Shown here piece after piece: positions 1 through 12,328 of a stretch of 64,000 nt of DNA (positions within the stretch are counted from its first letter, which is position 1; each line of letters opens with the position of its first letter). The notes under the pieces are model-generated. The model worked only from the letters and a program-made list of their open reading frames with translations. It ran no database searches and was not told the origin of the DNA. The stretch covers positions 1 to 64,000 of the forward strand of contig CBFFRP010000394.1 of the NCBI GenBank assembly GCA_965644295.1. The letters are read 5' to 3'. The DNA comes from Paraphysomonas bandaiensis. Taxonomy: Eukaryota > Protista > Chrysophyceae. Position numbers and translations under genes: made by a program.

Positions 1-16
1 GGTGGGACTCTCGCTG

Positions 17-362
17 AGTACCTATAGGTACGTACCTATAGGTATACCTATAGGTACTTTTATAATTAAAATCGAAGGTACCTATTAGGTACCTCTGTCT
101 ACCTATAGGTACATTTTTGAGCAATAGGTGGTACCTAAAGGTTTTCGAATAGGTACCACCTATAGCTACCCAGTATACCTATAGGTACCCCCTAATACAC
201 GTACCTATTCGTCTCCCTATAGGTGGTACCTATGACCTCTAGATTTCCTACTGATAGGTATCCCTATTTATATTAAAATGTACCTATAGGTACTGCCTAC
301 ATGTATCAATACTACCTATAGGTACTACCTAAAAATATAATACCAATACTACCTATAGGTAC
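17..362. repeat. Left subterminal array of palindromic (GTA)CCTATAGG(TAC)
   Basis: About nine perfect CCTATAGG copies plus variants (CCTATTAGG, GGTACC), counted by eye. Confidence 0.9.
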
Positions 363-623
363 TATAATTAGCAATAATAAACACAGTATAATATATATAT
401 TGCAAAGTAGAAAAAGCAAGCAATGCAGATCTGTAATCATGAATGAGTAGACAAACTATGTATTCAATTAATATAGACGGCATTAACATAGTTCGAAGTA
501 AAAATTAACGGCAATTACTACTTAGAACCTACAAAATACATACCACGACAAATTTGAACCACATCGTAAGCTAGCTCCCAATCACCTGCTAAGAAGTAGA
601 AGCATTGTGCACTTCAGAAGCCT

Positions 624-2176
624 TCACCGCCAATCTGAAGTTAACAGGGAAGTATCGTCATTGTTCAGACTGTCGTCGTCCTTCTTCGACTTCCCCAACG
701 TTTGAACCATACCCCAACGTTTGAACCATACTAACCTTTCATTCTTGAAAAAATTCAAATCACTGTCACTTATCACAAGCTCACGCCGGGAATCCCGAAT
801 AGGATTCATACCGTCGGTCGCTCTGGAGCAAATTTCAGATGTCCATGCTTCTCGTGGAGGACCTAAAAGCATTTGTTGAGCCGTTGACTCAACCATGATG
901 CTAGTCTGGTCCATAAAGGCCTCAGGATCTTCATTTTCATCGAAATCGTAGGCTCCAATCATGATGCATACTGCCTCAATGGCAGTCTGCATATATGACC
1001 CCTTGTTGTCCACTTGATACTTTCGTGGACTAATACCTTTTCAACAGAATTACATCAATTGGCACAATATAATAAATACTTACCATTTTCCAATACTTCG
1101 GCTAATTCCCGTCTAAATGATGCAGTCGCCCACAAAGGCTGTGTGGAGAACAGCTTGGCGTGACAACATCTAATCTTGGTCTTCAAATTACACGACAATT
1201 TGCGAATATACTTCTTGACATACCTGCAATGATATTAGAAAAAAGTAAATAATATGAGCAGTATATACTTGCACGCCGAAAATGCAGACACCACCTCACT
1301 TGCTAACAATTTTTCATCAGCTTGCAAAGCACCTTCTTTATAAGCGAGAGATAATGCCTACTAGTGTGTTATTCACAATAATAATATAATAGTAGCAGAT
1401 GACTGGGCACTGTAAAATGCGATGCGGCACGATATATATATTATGCTGTACTGTATGATATGATATATATATAACGTAATGATACAATAATGAATGGTAT
1501 AAAATATATGTTATACGATATATATCATACGATATCATAATATTTGATATGGTTGTTCAAAAAACACAAGAGGTATCTAATACAATGATAGATATGAAAT
1601 GTATAATATAACGGTGTACGATATGTTAATACATGATAAAAGGAGGATGGTATTTGATGATGTGAGGGTATACAATATATGATGATATGTGATGCTATAT
1701 GATTCAAGATATGTGGCAGAGAAAACAACATGAATAACCTTGTTATGAGGAGCTTGAGTTGCAACCCCCTCCTTTGAAATCACCACCAAAATCAGCTGAA
1801 TCAGTAGGTCGAAGTGCTCTTCCACTGAAACCACATCTCCTGTGTCCAGTTTAACAAAGAGACGTTCATACATCATCTCTTTGTGATAAGCACGGAATCC
1901 TGGAAGAGTGGAGAGTTTTTCGGCGCTCTGGCGTCCAATGCACAGCTCATTCGTTGTGAGAACCGTCGCCAATATCCTGGACTGGACTTTCTTATGCCTG
2001 AAAGTCGTGTACACTGTCGAGTTGGACGAAGAGTTACATGGAGGCATCCTGGCTTCTCGAGGTGAAGCATCTGACTGTTCGGCGGCGAAGTTGTCGTCCA
2101 CGATGGATTGCTGTTGACAAGGCCTTTTCTGTGCCCTCGCAGACACAGCAGATGCAGTTCGTTTTCGCAGGGGCAT
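624..2176 (-). CDS. Transposon accessory ORF2, spliced, unknown function
   Basis: ATG at 2176. Downstream exons ~1335-1269, 1223-1084 and ~1036-624 join in frame through GT-AG introns (..FSACK|YVKK..LENG|ISPRKYQVDNKGSYM..). The first junction, across the low-complexity 1340-1738 region, is not resolved. Confidence 0.65.
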
Positions 2177-2489
2177 CTCAGAGTAAATTGTGGCATTAAG
2201 TCACCATGAATTCACATGTTTGAAATTCAAATATTCGCATACTCTCTGAATATATTCACATACTCACACTTCGCCTCTTTGCTTCTTTCTTTCATATATG
2301 TAGTTATGTGATGCACTTCTTCGAAGTCAACTTCGAGAGAAGTCCAGGAAGTGTGTGCTATAATCGTGCACTCGTTTTTATATACTAGGAATTTCCTACT
2401 GTACGCACAGTACGGAGCAGAGTACAACACTGTAGTATACTGCTGTACCGTATAACAGATAGCAGTAGATACGATCGTAGCAGTATATT

Positions 2490-5400
2490 ATGGACAGCTT
2501 GTGGAAATGCGCAATATGTCAGGGAATATTCAGTTCAAGTCAGAGTCTGGGGAACCATGGAAGATACTGCTCGCCACTGTCTTCAGAATCAGAGATTTGT
2601 ACATCAGAGCAGTATTCTAAGAAACGAAAAGCTGCATATGGACCTCAGGCTTACACTATTCATGATGATTACAATCAAGATGACAGTGGAATTGATGAGT
2701 ACAGTGACTGTGAGGACTCATCAATTCCTATGTACATGTGGCAACATCAGAGACTGGAGGAAGCAAGCCCAACTGGAAATACAGAGTTTCCAATCTGTCA
2801 TCCAGATTATGACGCGGAAGACAAACCACTCTCCACGTATAAGAAGCTCCAGGAAGTGTTTTACGACAAGTCTTATGGCGTGGATGCATTGGGAGCTATG
2901 AATCTTGAAAGCTTTATTGAAGCTGTCAGCACTTCGAGTAATCATAACATGTCAGATATTTTGCTTCTCAAGTTGTATGCATTTGGAAGAAAGTGCAAGT
3001 TAAGCCGATCTACAGGAGATGCACTTCTGGAATTGATTCGCTTATTCAAACCTTGTGAAGAACTTCCAAAATCATGGAAGACAGTTGTGTCGAATTTCAA
3101 AAAGAGAACACAACATTACAGATATGTTGAAAAGTCTATAGGTTGGCCATCTTCGTGGGAAATGGAATCTTGGAAAATTTCTGGACAGAAACCTGACGAA
3201 ATCATTGTTCGAGCACGAGACCCATTGGAAATGCTAAGTTATCTGGCCGTCGACCCGACAATTCAGTTCTCGTGGAAAGAGCACGTTCATTATGATACAT
3301 TTTCCATGACAGATATTAATACTGGTGAGAACTATGTTGGTGATCTCATGTCATCATCCTGGGCGAAGAACACGGAGCGAGTTATACGCCAAGAAAAAAT
3401 CCTGAAGGCAAATTAATGCCATGTCTACTGTATCATGACGGGGTTGCTATGGGGCATGGTGCCAACATCAAGTCTGTGCCAGTCCTGGGGACATGCGGCA
3501 ATTTCAGCGATGAGTTAATTCGGAAAAATATTGCAAAGTTTTGCTTAGGTTTTATTCCTGACATCACAAGCACGATAAGTGTCGAAGCTCTGATTTCTCA
3601 TTTGATGGAACGTGGAATGAGCCGAACCGCAGCAGGGAAGGAAGTCAGGTGGTTTAACTTGCACTTGGAAAAAGAATTCTGGAGTATGGTTACGGCTCCT
3701 CTCAAAGCTGCTTCTTCTAGAGGTGCAGAGATGTATGTGTTAGGAAAGGGTTTAATTACCGTTTATACCTTTCATCCTTTTAGCATTGGAGATGACCCGG
3801 CCATCCATCGACAGTTTGGCTTATACGAAGGAAATTCCCGCTTTGCATGTGTTACATGTGAGTATCCTCTGAGGGCCGGTGTTTTTTATAACCCAGACCT
3901 TCATCCGAGGAGAGATGGCAATGCCATTGCTGAACAGTGCCGAAATGTGAATAGTGGTCAGCTATCAGACAAAGAAGAGAAGTATGTTCGTAAGTTACTT
4001 GATAATAGATGCATCATGCCGTTTGTAAACGCCTTCCATCATGCGTTTATGGGCTACAACAACCATTGCTTCAATAATCCTCAAGACTTATTTCACCTGT
4101 TTTGTGCTGGTATTGCAAAAAGTCTTGTTTTATGGATTCTTAGCGTTGTTGACAGTATTAGCACAACAGTAGACCGAACATTTCGAAATATTAAGGGCGT
4201 GTTGGATGCCAGACTTAAGTTGATGCCTCAGGTTCCTGATATGCCACACGTGAATTGGACAGTCTTCAAGAAAGGCTTGATGCACATTATGAGCAATAAA
4301 AGTAAAAAGGAAAAGGGCCACTCGACTGGTTCCGGAGGTGGATATAGATCAAGTGAATTCATCACGGCACTATTGCAACTTCTGTTTGCGGTATGTTTTT
4401 CTAAATTGTATTCTCTATATTATGTGCTTGACATCACCTTTTTACATTAGATTGGCACGGATGGTCAAGTGCTACCGACAGATACCAACTACAGTTATTG
4501 CAGCAAAAATTCACGGCACCTGCGTTTAGGCAATGTAACAAAGAAAGTGTTACAAGCAATTAAAGCCGTGCTGAACGTCTATTTTGAGTGCAAGAAAAGC
4601 TGTTTTACTGATGGTGACATCCTGAATGTGGACCGTATGTGCCACGATATGGTTGCTAAGGTTTTACTGGTATGGGATTTGAAACAAACACTTCTTGGTA
4701 ACCAGCCATCAAGTCCATTAATGCGCAAACTCCATTCTGTAATGCATCTTTCACTTAATATTTCCATGTTTGGGGCATTATCAAAGTCTGATGCGGGTAC
4801 TTGGGAATCAAGCAATCGCTATTTTACAACCGAAAACTGGCGACGCACAAGCAGGAGGTATACTTCTTCTAATGTGGAGATGCTAACATTAGCAATATGC
4901 CAAGATCATTGTCGAGTACTTGAGTTTATAGCCGCGTGCCACACACACGACACTGAATACATAAACTCTCTGAAGCCAGAAATTCCACCGGAGGTCGTTC
5001 TAGTTTACCCCATGAGAAATGTCAAACATGTGCGGTTATGTGTTGATGCTAACCACTCCTTGTTTATTTGTGAAGAAGAAGGAATAGAATTGGAAGAATT
5101 TATTGGACACAAGGAATTATCTAGTAACTCCCTTACTGATTTTTGTAAACAAGCTCTTGGTGATAAGAACTGGAACTGTTTACAACGTGGTGACATCTCG
5201 TTGAAGTTAATACAGGCCCTCACCTACAATGCCAACAAAGAGAGTGGCATTGGTAAAGGATCTCATCATGCCATGAAAGGGGCAGAGAGTCGAAAACCAC
5301 GCTTTGATTTCATATGCATCCAAATGGAAAGTGGAGACATACAAGTTGCTCAAATAGTATCGATGCTTCAGTTGTCAGCGGCCAACAACACTAAATATCT

Positions 5401-5866
5401 CTATATTGTTCAATACATGGAAAAATGTACGACCACTATTCTTGACCCGTTTTCAAAATATAAGTGGGAGGTACTGCGCTACAACAGGCGACGACAACCT
5501 CAGTTTTTTCAGGATATTATTAATTTTGAAAGTATTATTGACACAGCTTTTATAATACCAGATTCTTCTTGCGATGTCGTCGTGGGTAAGCCTCAAATTT
5601 CAGATCGTTTTTGGTTTATTCCGAGGAAGTTTTTTGATCGTTGTGGGTGGGATGATTTGGATTTTATTAACTGTCATCATATAGAGGGAATGCAACAATA
5701 TATCAGACAAAATAGCTCCGGTGCAATTGTTCTTGAACGTAATGTGCATGGCCACGACAGTCATAACGCAAACAATGAGAGTGGCAGTAGTGACCACTCA
5801 TCAGAATGTGATAGCAATCCCAGTACTGTTTACAGCACCGGTGACTCTTCTGACAATGACACATAA
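2490..5866 (+). CDS. Plavaka-family transposase with N-terminal C2H2-like Zn finger; one frameshift and one intron
   Basis: Motifs LLYHDG..VPVLGTCGNF..CLGFIP, GDDPA..CVTC, PQDLFHLFCAGIAK and KLHSVMH..MFG..DAGTWES match the Plavaka pattern as recalled. N-terminal CAIC..H..C. In-frame intron 4391-4450. One A missing in the A6 run near 3394-3399 splits the ORF. Confidence 0.85.
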
Positions 5867-6030
5867 TTAATGTTGCGCGCTTATTATTGATTATGATCAT
5901 AGAATGCACAGCCATACTTGTTTAGTAATAATAATATATAACAAAAAAAGATATATTATACTATTCACCGCTGTGTTGCTTGCCTATGTACATTGTGAAA
6001 CTTAAAACAACATCTGATGGTTCAAAACTC

Positions 6031-6334
6031 AGGTACCTACAGGTCTTTCGTCTTATACCTATAGGCAACGAGTAGCACTACCTATAGATAGTACCTAATC
6101 CTTCGATACCTATAGGTGGGACTTGAGGTACCTATAGGTAGGTGCCTAACTCTTATCACCTATAGGCAGGGTAGCTAGGTATACCTATAGGTAGTGACAG
6201 CTAGGTACCTACCTATAGGTAGGGTCCTTAGGCATGCCTATAGGTGGGTACCTATTAGGTAGGTACCTATTAGGTACCTGCGATGGACCTATAGGTAGGT
6301 CGAGCGACCTATAGGTACTAAATTCGACCCACCG
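6031..6334. repeat. Right subterminal CCTATAGG array and terminus
   Basis: About nine perfect CCTATAGG copies plus variants, ending in CCCACCG. Confidence 0.9.
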
Positions 6335-6813
6335 ATGATAAAGATATAAAGCAATCATAAAGGAATTTTGCATCCGTGAGCGACATAGGTATGCATTATT
6401 CTTGTTTGACTATAGACCTCTCACACTGTTGTTTAATCATTACTAATAGAGTCGTTACAGTATTTAGAGGAGTGGAAGCAAATGTAAAATATGTATATAC
6501 TGTTCATTACTTACATACCTTAACTTACAGCGGTGGATTAACGCTTAAATTACACCATTTCCATGATAAAAAACGCTACCACACATATCAAATCTGACGT
6601 AGTTACAATATACATATTGAACACGAATATTGTAATATAAATAAAAATAATATAGTCACACGGAAATAGAAATAATAATATCAACGTCGAACACACATGA
6701 GCTAATCGTGAACATGAATGACAGAAGTGTAGCACACATGAATTCGTATATACAATATATCTGTCGGCCTAGAAATCTAGACAAATGCCATCACTGTCCG
6801 CTACGAACACGTT

Positions 6814-7754
6814 TCACTCCGCGGACAGATGGTGAGCGTTCTCGGGGGAGAAATCATTCATACTCTGTGCCTCCGAGAGGCTAATAGCTGAAAAGCTTAT
6901 TCCTAGATCATTTAAGCTTTCCACCACCTGCAAATCATTATGAGCCTCTGCGGAAGTGGTTGAGACAGAGGATAAAGACACCGATCGCACTCTATTTGGG
7001 GAAGACAACAACAGCTGCACCGGCACGGGTTCTCCCTGTGGTAACTGTGGTGATATAATAGGGCTTATAACAAGAGGAACGGGGGTTCCTTCTCCGCCGT
7101 TAACACCCTCTTCAAAGAGGTGCTGTCCTATGCGAACAAATATCTCGTGCGGGATGCGCCCGCTGCTATCCGGAGAGGGGATAGAGGGAAAGCAATCATC
7201 TGTTGCAGACGATGTGGAAGACCCTGCATCCTGTCGGCAGGTCGGACAGACCGAGGTCACCACAGACTCATCCGTTAAAGTCCCCAGGAACCATATATCC
7301 ACACAAGCTCGATGAAAGCAGTGCGAACATTTCAAATTACGGATTTCATCTCCATCAACAAAAGCTTCCAAACAAATAGGACATATAGGAGCATCATCAT
7401 TCGCAGAAGAATTATTCGAGGTAAAAGTAGACATGGGTATTTCATCCAGCGCTTTTCTAGCTATATGTCTATCCGCAAATTTATTCTGTTGAATATCACA
7501 ATTAAACATAAGACAACAGTAACAACGTAAACACACACCTGTCGTGATAACTGTATCTGTGATACAAACTGAGTGTTTCCAGACGTATCGTCCCCAAGTA
7601 TCTCTTTGAGCCCTTGATTATGTGATGGAGAGTGACGGAATGTACCCACATGAGGACTTGAGTTAGGTAAAAATATACGATTCTGTGATGAAGATGCTAG
7701 TCGAAATGTTCCATGAAAGAAACCCACATAAGGATTGTGTGGTAAGTCGCTCAT
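6814..7754 (-). CDS. RING-H2 finger protein (putative E3 ligase)
   Basis: CPICLEAF..CSHCFHRACVDIW..CPTCR. Exons 7754-7539 and 7485-6814 join in frame across the GT-AG intron 7538-7486. Confidence 0.9.
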
Positions 7755-8596
7755 TCTTTATAATTATTATAATTAATAATATAATCATATATATATATAT
7801 AACTACCTGAAATTATGTCCTCTATGATTAGATGAGGACATTATAATACCAGTAACAAGTTGTGTTTAATATCCTCTCACTCAGTGTTATGATAGAGGTC
7901 GAGTAGTAATATAGTGAGATGAGTTCTACTATATCACTCTAGCTACTGTGTATATATACATAAACACATACATTCAAAACGGTTCGGTAATTTTCTATAG
8001 AGAATTCCTTATATAAAATACAGAACAGTATATCCTACTAGTTTCTGTGTGAATGACCCACCCTTCTTTTTGTATATATAAATGGAGATATGAGATATAC
8101 TGTACTGTATATTATAGGCAAAGATATATCATATGGATATTCGTGTAATATGATTGGAATAGAATCCTACATCACCCCTCAATATTCCCTTTTTTTTAAT
8201 TTTTAAAAGTATTGAAAAATTGAGAATATGTGGATTTTTCTGAAAGGACCAGCAGCAGTATCGTAAAGTACGATGGCCAGATCTTCAAGGGCTTAGGATC
8301 GAATTTAGTTTTCAGTTTGTCAGAAGTAAACTCCCTCTCTCTCTGCTATACGATGACTCATGCATATAAGCGATCTGTCCATATGTAGCTATAATCCGAT
8401 CATATACATAGCAGTTCTTCACAATATCATATATATACATTAAATAACCTTCATGAAATAGCCTATCCAGTAACTACCCTTCATACTTTCATCTTACCCC
8501 ATCACCCACACATCTCCTTCCCTCTACATTCATATAATAACAACCACAAGACTCATTCCAGTAGTATGTTCTTAGTAACAGTATATATATAGTAAT

Positions 8597-10513
8597 ATGG
8601 GAGGGGGACACTCTCATATAGAAAAAAACAAGTCTCCCAATAAATCATCTCATGTTAATCAATCAGAAGGACATGAATTGGACACAGTTCAGCCAATTAA
8701 ACCATCTGAACATAATAATACTCTAAATAATGAGATTAGCTCGACATGTGAGATAGAGTGTCCTAGTTTCACTCACTTAAACCCTTCAGACTTCACTATT
8801 CTTAACCATATCCGTGGTGGAAGTATGGGGAAAGTCTACTCAGCCAAACGAAACAGTGACTCGTGTATGGTGGCACTTAAGTTTTTCGGTTACACGAATC
8901 GTGATCCGAGTGCGCGTGATGTGTATTCCGAACTAGGCGTTATGTCTGCGCTGAAAGGTGTTGATGGAGTTGTTAATATGTACGGTGCTTTCTTAGACAC
9001 GGACAGTGGGTTGGTGTCTGGAAAGGTATTCTTGAAGTCTTACCCGGTCATTGTGATGGAATTGCTGCGAGGCGGGGAGCTTTTTGATCGCATGCACGAT
9101 CGAAAGAGTATTTCCGAAAAGGATTTAGCACTGATGTTTAAGAATATAATTCATGCTCTTGATAGTCTTCATAGGCATCACTATGTGCACCGCGATCTGA
9201 AGCTTGAGAACCTCATGTTTGTTGACGACCGTGATGACTCCCCGATTAAGATTGTGGACTTTGGTACAGTTGTTGGTGTCCCTGACAGTGATGACGGGGT
9301 GTATAGAGACTCTAGCGTTGTAGGTACTCCTGGGTATATTGCACCGGAGTCTATCCAGTACTTCGATTATTCCCGCGCCTCTGACATGTGGCAGGCGGGA
9401 TGCACGTTGTACAGCATGCTTAGTGGACTTCCGCCGTTCAACCCGCAAGATATGCAACAGATTACTCACCGCAAGTACTTCAAGATGGAGGGCGTGGGTT
9501 GGGATGAAATATCGGTCAATGCCAAGGATTTGGTATCCCGCCTGTTACGTCGCAGTCCGAAGTACCGACCGACCAGTGAGGAGGTTCTCCAGCACCCTTG
9601 GATAGTGAGCGAGGCTCCAGATGCAGACCTTGGTCCTGCTTACATTAAGAGAATCAAACACTTAGCACTTCGTCAAAAGATGAAGTCTTTTTTCGTCGAA
9701 AACAATATTGAGTTAGGTAATCAAGACCGACGAGAGAAGTTGATTGCTACCCTCCCCTTTTTGCGGGAAAACAGACACTCACCCAAGAAGTCGATGTCGG
9801 AAAACATGGTATTTGAAAAAGGAAGTGCAGGAGGATTTCAAAATGACGATGTCGCAGACGACGACCAGTTCGAGACTAGGCTTAAGCGCTTCTCTGGCAC
9901 ATTGGTGAAGTCTCTTTCTATGCCACAAGAGATGCGAAATAGCTGTACTGTTGACTCAGGGGAGGTGACCGTGGATAGCATTCCCACTGGTCGCGTGGGA
10001 TATGATACATTTTCCTCTGTGCTTGGGAAGTCGGATCTGTGTGAACTCGCTTCTCCCCAGGTGTTTAGTATATTTGACGTGCAAAACACAGGAACTGTTG
10101 ACATGAAGGAGTTCTTGCTCACCATGGTGGCATTGCGGCAGCCACTGGAGGAAGGAGAAGAAGGGGATAGTACCTCATTTCGATTTGACGGTGCTTCTGT
10201 AGATTCAGAGTCAACAGCTACTGCACGTATGTACTTTGACATCTTTGATATAAATGGTTCGGGGTTTATAGATGTTGATGAACTTAAAGTGGCCATCGGG
10301 TGTTTCCTTCAGGATGAGTCGAATCCGCTATATAGAAATGCGGAGCAGTATGTGGAAAGTATGGCCAATATCCAATCCCTGTTCGATGAAATCGACTCCT
10401 CGCGGGATGGAAAAATTGAATTTAGCGAATTTCAAACGTTTTATAAGTCACTCTTAGTCAATTCTACTATGAATGCGGCGCAAATTTCCACAGCTTTGAA
10501 AACGAAGAGTTAG
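8597..10513 (+). CDS. Calcium-dependent protein kinase (CDPK-like)
   Basis: VALK, HRDLKLEN, DFG and GTPGYIAPE kinase motifs. EF-hand loops DVQNTGTVDMKE, DINGSGFIDVDE and DSSRDGKIEFSE. MGGGHS fits an N-myristoylation motif. Confidence 0.93.
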   Translation: MGGGHSHIEKNKSPNKSSHVNQSEGHELDTVQPIKPSEHNNTLNNEISSTCEIECPSFTHLNPSDFTILNHIRGGSMGKVYSAKRNSDSCMVALKFFGYTNRDPSARDVYSELGVMSALKGVDGVVNMYGAFLDTDSGLVSGKVFLKSYPVIVMELLRGGELFDRMHDRKSISEKDLALMFKNIIHALDSLHRHHYVHRDLKLENLMFVDDRDDSPIKIVDFGTVVGVPDSDDGVYRDSSVVGTPGYIAPESIQYFDYSRASDMWQAGCTLYSMLSGLPPFNPQDMQQITHRKYFKMEGVGWDEISVNAKDLVSRLLRRSPKYRPTSEEVLQHPWIVSEAPDADLGPAYIKRIKHLALRQKMKSFFVENNIELGNQDRREKLIATLPFLRENRHSPKKSMSENMVFEKGSAGGFQNDDVADDDQFETRLKRFSGTLVKSLSMPQEMRNSCTVDSGEVTVDSIPTGRVGYDTFSSVLGKSDLCELASPQVFSIFDVQNTGTVDMKEFLLTMVALRQPLEEGEEGDSTSFRFDGASVDSESTATARMYFDIFDINGSGFIDVDELKVAIGCFLQDESNPLYRNAEQYVESMANIQSLFDEIDSSRDGKIEFSEFQTFYKSLLVNSTMNAAQISTALKTKS

Positions 10514-10878
10514 TCATGAATCCAGTTGCAAATAATTATGTGTGATATGTGGTGTTTGTTGCCTATAAATAGTCTCGTGATATGCCCTGCAGTAAATTAC
10601 ATTGTTGACTGTTTCTACTACATTATACTTATTGGAATAGAATGTCCTGACACTGAAAGTCTGTGATGAAAGATAAATATAGAAGAAACTGCTATACTAT
10701 GTTTTATGTGGGGCTAAATAAAGTCGGTTTCTGTTTACATGTTTACTTAGAGGTCATCATTAAAAGCTATATCCCCATTTTACCTGAATTGGGTTCAACA
10801 AACGCTCATATAGACATTCAACTTCAACATCCGGTTCGAACAGAAGCTATCTTTTGTTAAGATTCATTGATTAACGTC

Positions 10879-11203
10879 TACTAGAATATGGATCTTATTC
10901 TAGATTCTAGTATATTCAGTATGTCACTTGAAGACAATGTACGAGAATACAGTGAAATATAGTGATGTACAAATAATGCTATGATGATATTGAGAAACAG
11001 AAATAATTTGATCTTTCAAGATATGTTTAGTAACGAGAGGTTCACATAGAAGGTAGGATGTTCAAGATATGTTTATGCGTGGAACAAAATGAGATTGTGT
11101 TGTTTATCACAATTTTCGTGTAAACGATATTAATTAATCTATCTAGTCTAACGACATATTATTCTCTCTGATATCTATATTTAAGAATGAGAAATTTCCA
11201 ACA
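10879..11203. mobile_element. Degenerate solo LTR, copy 1
   Basis: Ends TACTAG..CCAACA (decayed TGTTAG..AACA). Flanks ACGTC/ACGTA match 4/5 as a TSD. Inverted homolog of 11951-12328. Confidence 0.7.
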
Positions 11204-11950
11204 ACGTATATACCTCTTAACACGTGAATACAACACATGTATACAATGAAATATCAAATAGACTGAAAAATTACAAAACTATATAAGATACGCGACTGTA
11301 CAAGATACGCAAATGTGTGAGGTGCTAACTGTTCAAACGTGATTTGCTATTATACTATTAGGCCTTATTCTTCATGTGAAGGTTATATAATCAATCTTTA
11401 TCTCTGATAATACGATAATACGAAGTGCGAAGTGCATCTTTACTAAATACTAGGACTAGCTATAAAAATATATATTATTCTCTTTTTTACCTTATGCACC
11501 GACTACACGGGCATTTGGTATTTAAGCATTGAGCCTCGCCATGATTGATATAGATTGTTTTAACATTCCTTGTTGCACCTTAGTGCTTGCGGCGAATCAC
11601 AAATAGCGCTAAATAGTAGGATATGAGAATTTGTACTAGTTAGTTACTGGTAGAGGTCGATCTAGCTTGTTGACTAGTCTTCCTTCATCTAACTCCTTAT
11701 TTGGTGTCGGTTCTTGACGTCTACTGCTAATAATAAAACGTTCACCTTTCACATGCCATTCCTGTTGTATATGTACAAAGGTGATAGTGGAAATAGGAAT
11801 GAGCACTAAAAGCTTCTTACAACACTTACCTGAACTCTTATTACTCTCAAAAGCTGCTATATCTGAAAATCCGAATCAATCTACCTAGTTTCTCATAGCT
11901 ATTTACTACTGCTGGAAGCGATTCTCGATGACAAAAGTTGACGTATATTA

Positions 11951-12328
11951 TGTTGGAATTGCTCATTCTTAACTAGATCTCAGAGAGAATAATATATATG
12001 TCGTTAGACTAGATAGATTAATTAATATCGTTTACACGAAAATTGTGATAAACAACACAATCTCATTTTGTTCCACGCATAACCATATCTTGAACCTCCT
12101 ACCTACTGATAGTATAATAATATATTAGTATATATAATAATAATATGATTATTATGTAAACGTTATATGTGAGCCTCTCGTTACTAAACATATCTTGAAA
12201 GATCAAACTATTTCAGTTTCTCAATATCATCACAGAATTATTTGTACATCACTATATTTCACTGTATTCTCGTACATTGTCTTCAAGTGACATACTGAAT
12301 ATACTAGAATAAGATCCATATTCTAATA
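11951..12328. mobile_element. Degenerate solo LTR, copy 2 (opposite orientation)
   Basis: TGTTGG..CTAATA ends. Flanks TATTA/TATTG match 4/5 as a TSD. Carries a ~55-60 bp AT-rich insertion relative to copy 1. Confidence 0.7.

Larger units (their letters stand above)
1..6334. mobile_element. Plavaka/CACTA(CMC)-like DNA transposon, two divergent genes, imperfect TIRs
   Basis: Left end GGTGGG..AGTACCTATAGG (1-28) mirrors the reverse complement of the right end CCTATAGGTACT..CCCACC(G) (6308-6334). Both ends carry CCTATAGG arrays and enclose a transposase and a second gene. The left TSD lies outside the window. Confidence 0.85.

Noticed and set aside
1-362. CRISPR-like reading of the CCTATAGG arrays or the 138-bp array
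   Set aside because: No constant repeat with unique spacers, no cas genes, and eukaryotic context; explained as transposon subterminal repeats and coding repeats.
10879-12328. One MITE/foldback element with ~325-bp TIRs
   Set aside because: Each arm has its own LTR-like ends and near-matching 5-bp TSD; no shared outer TSD beyond a chance TA.
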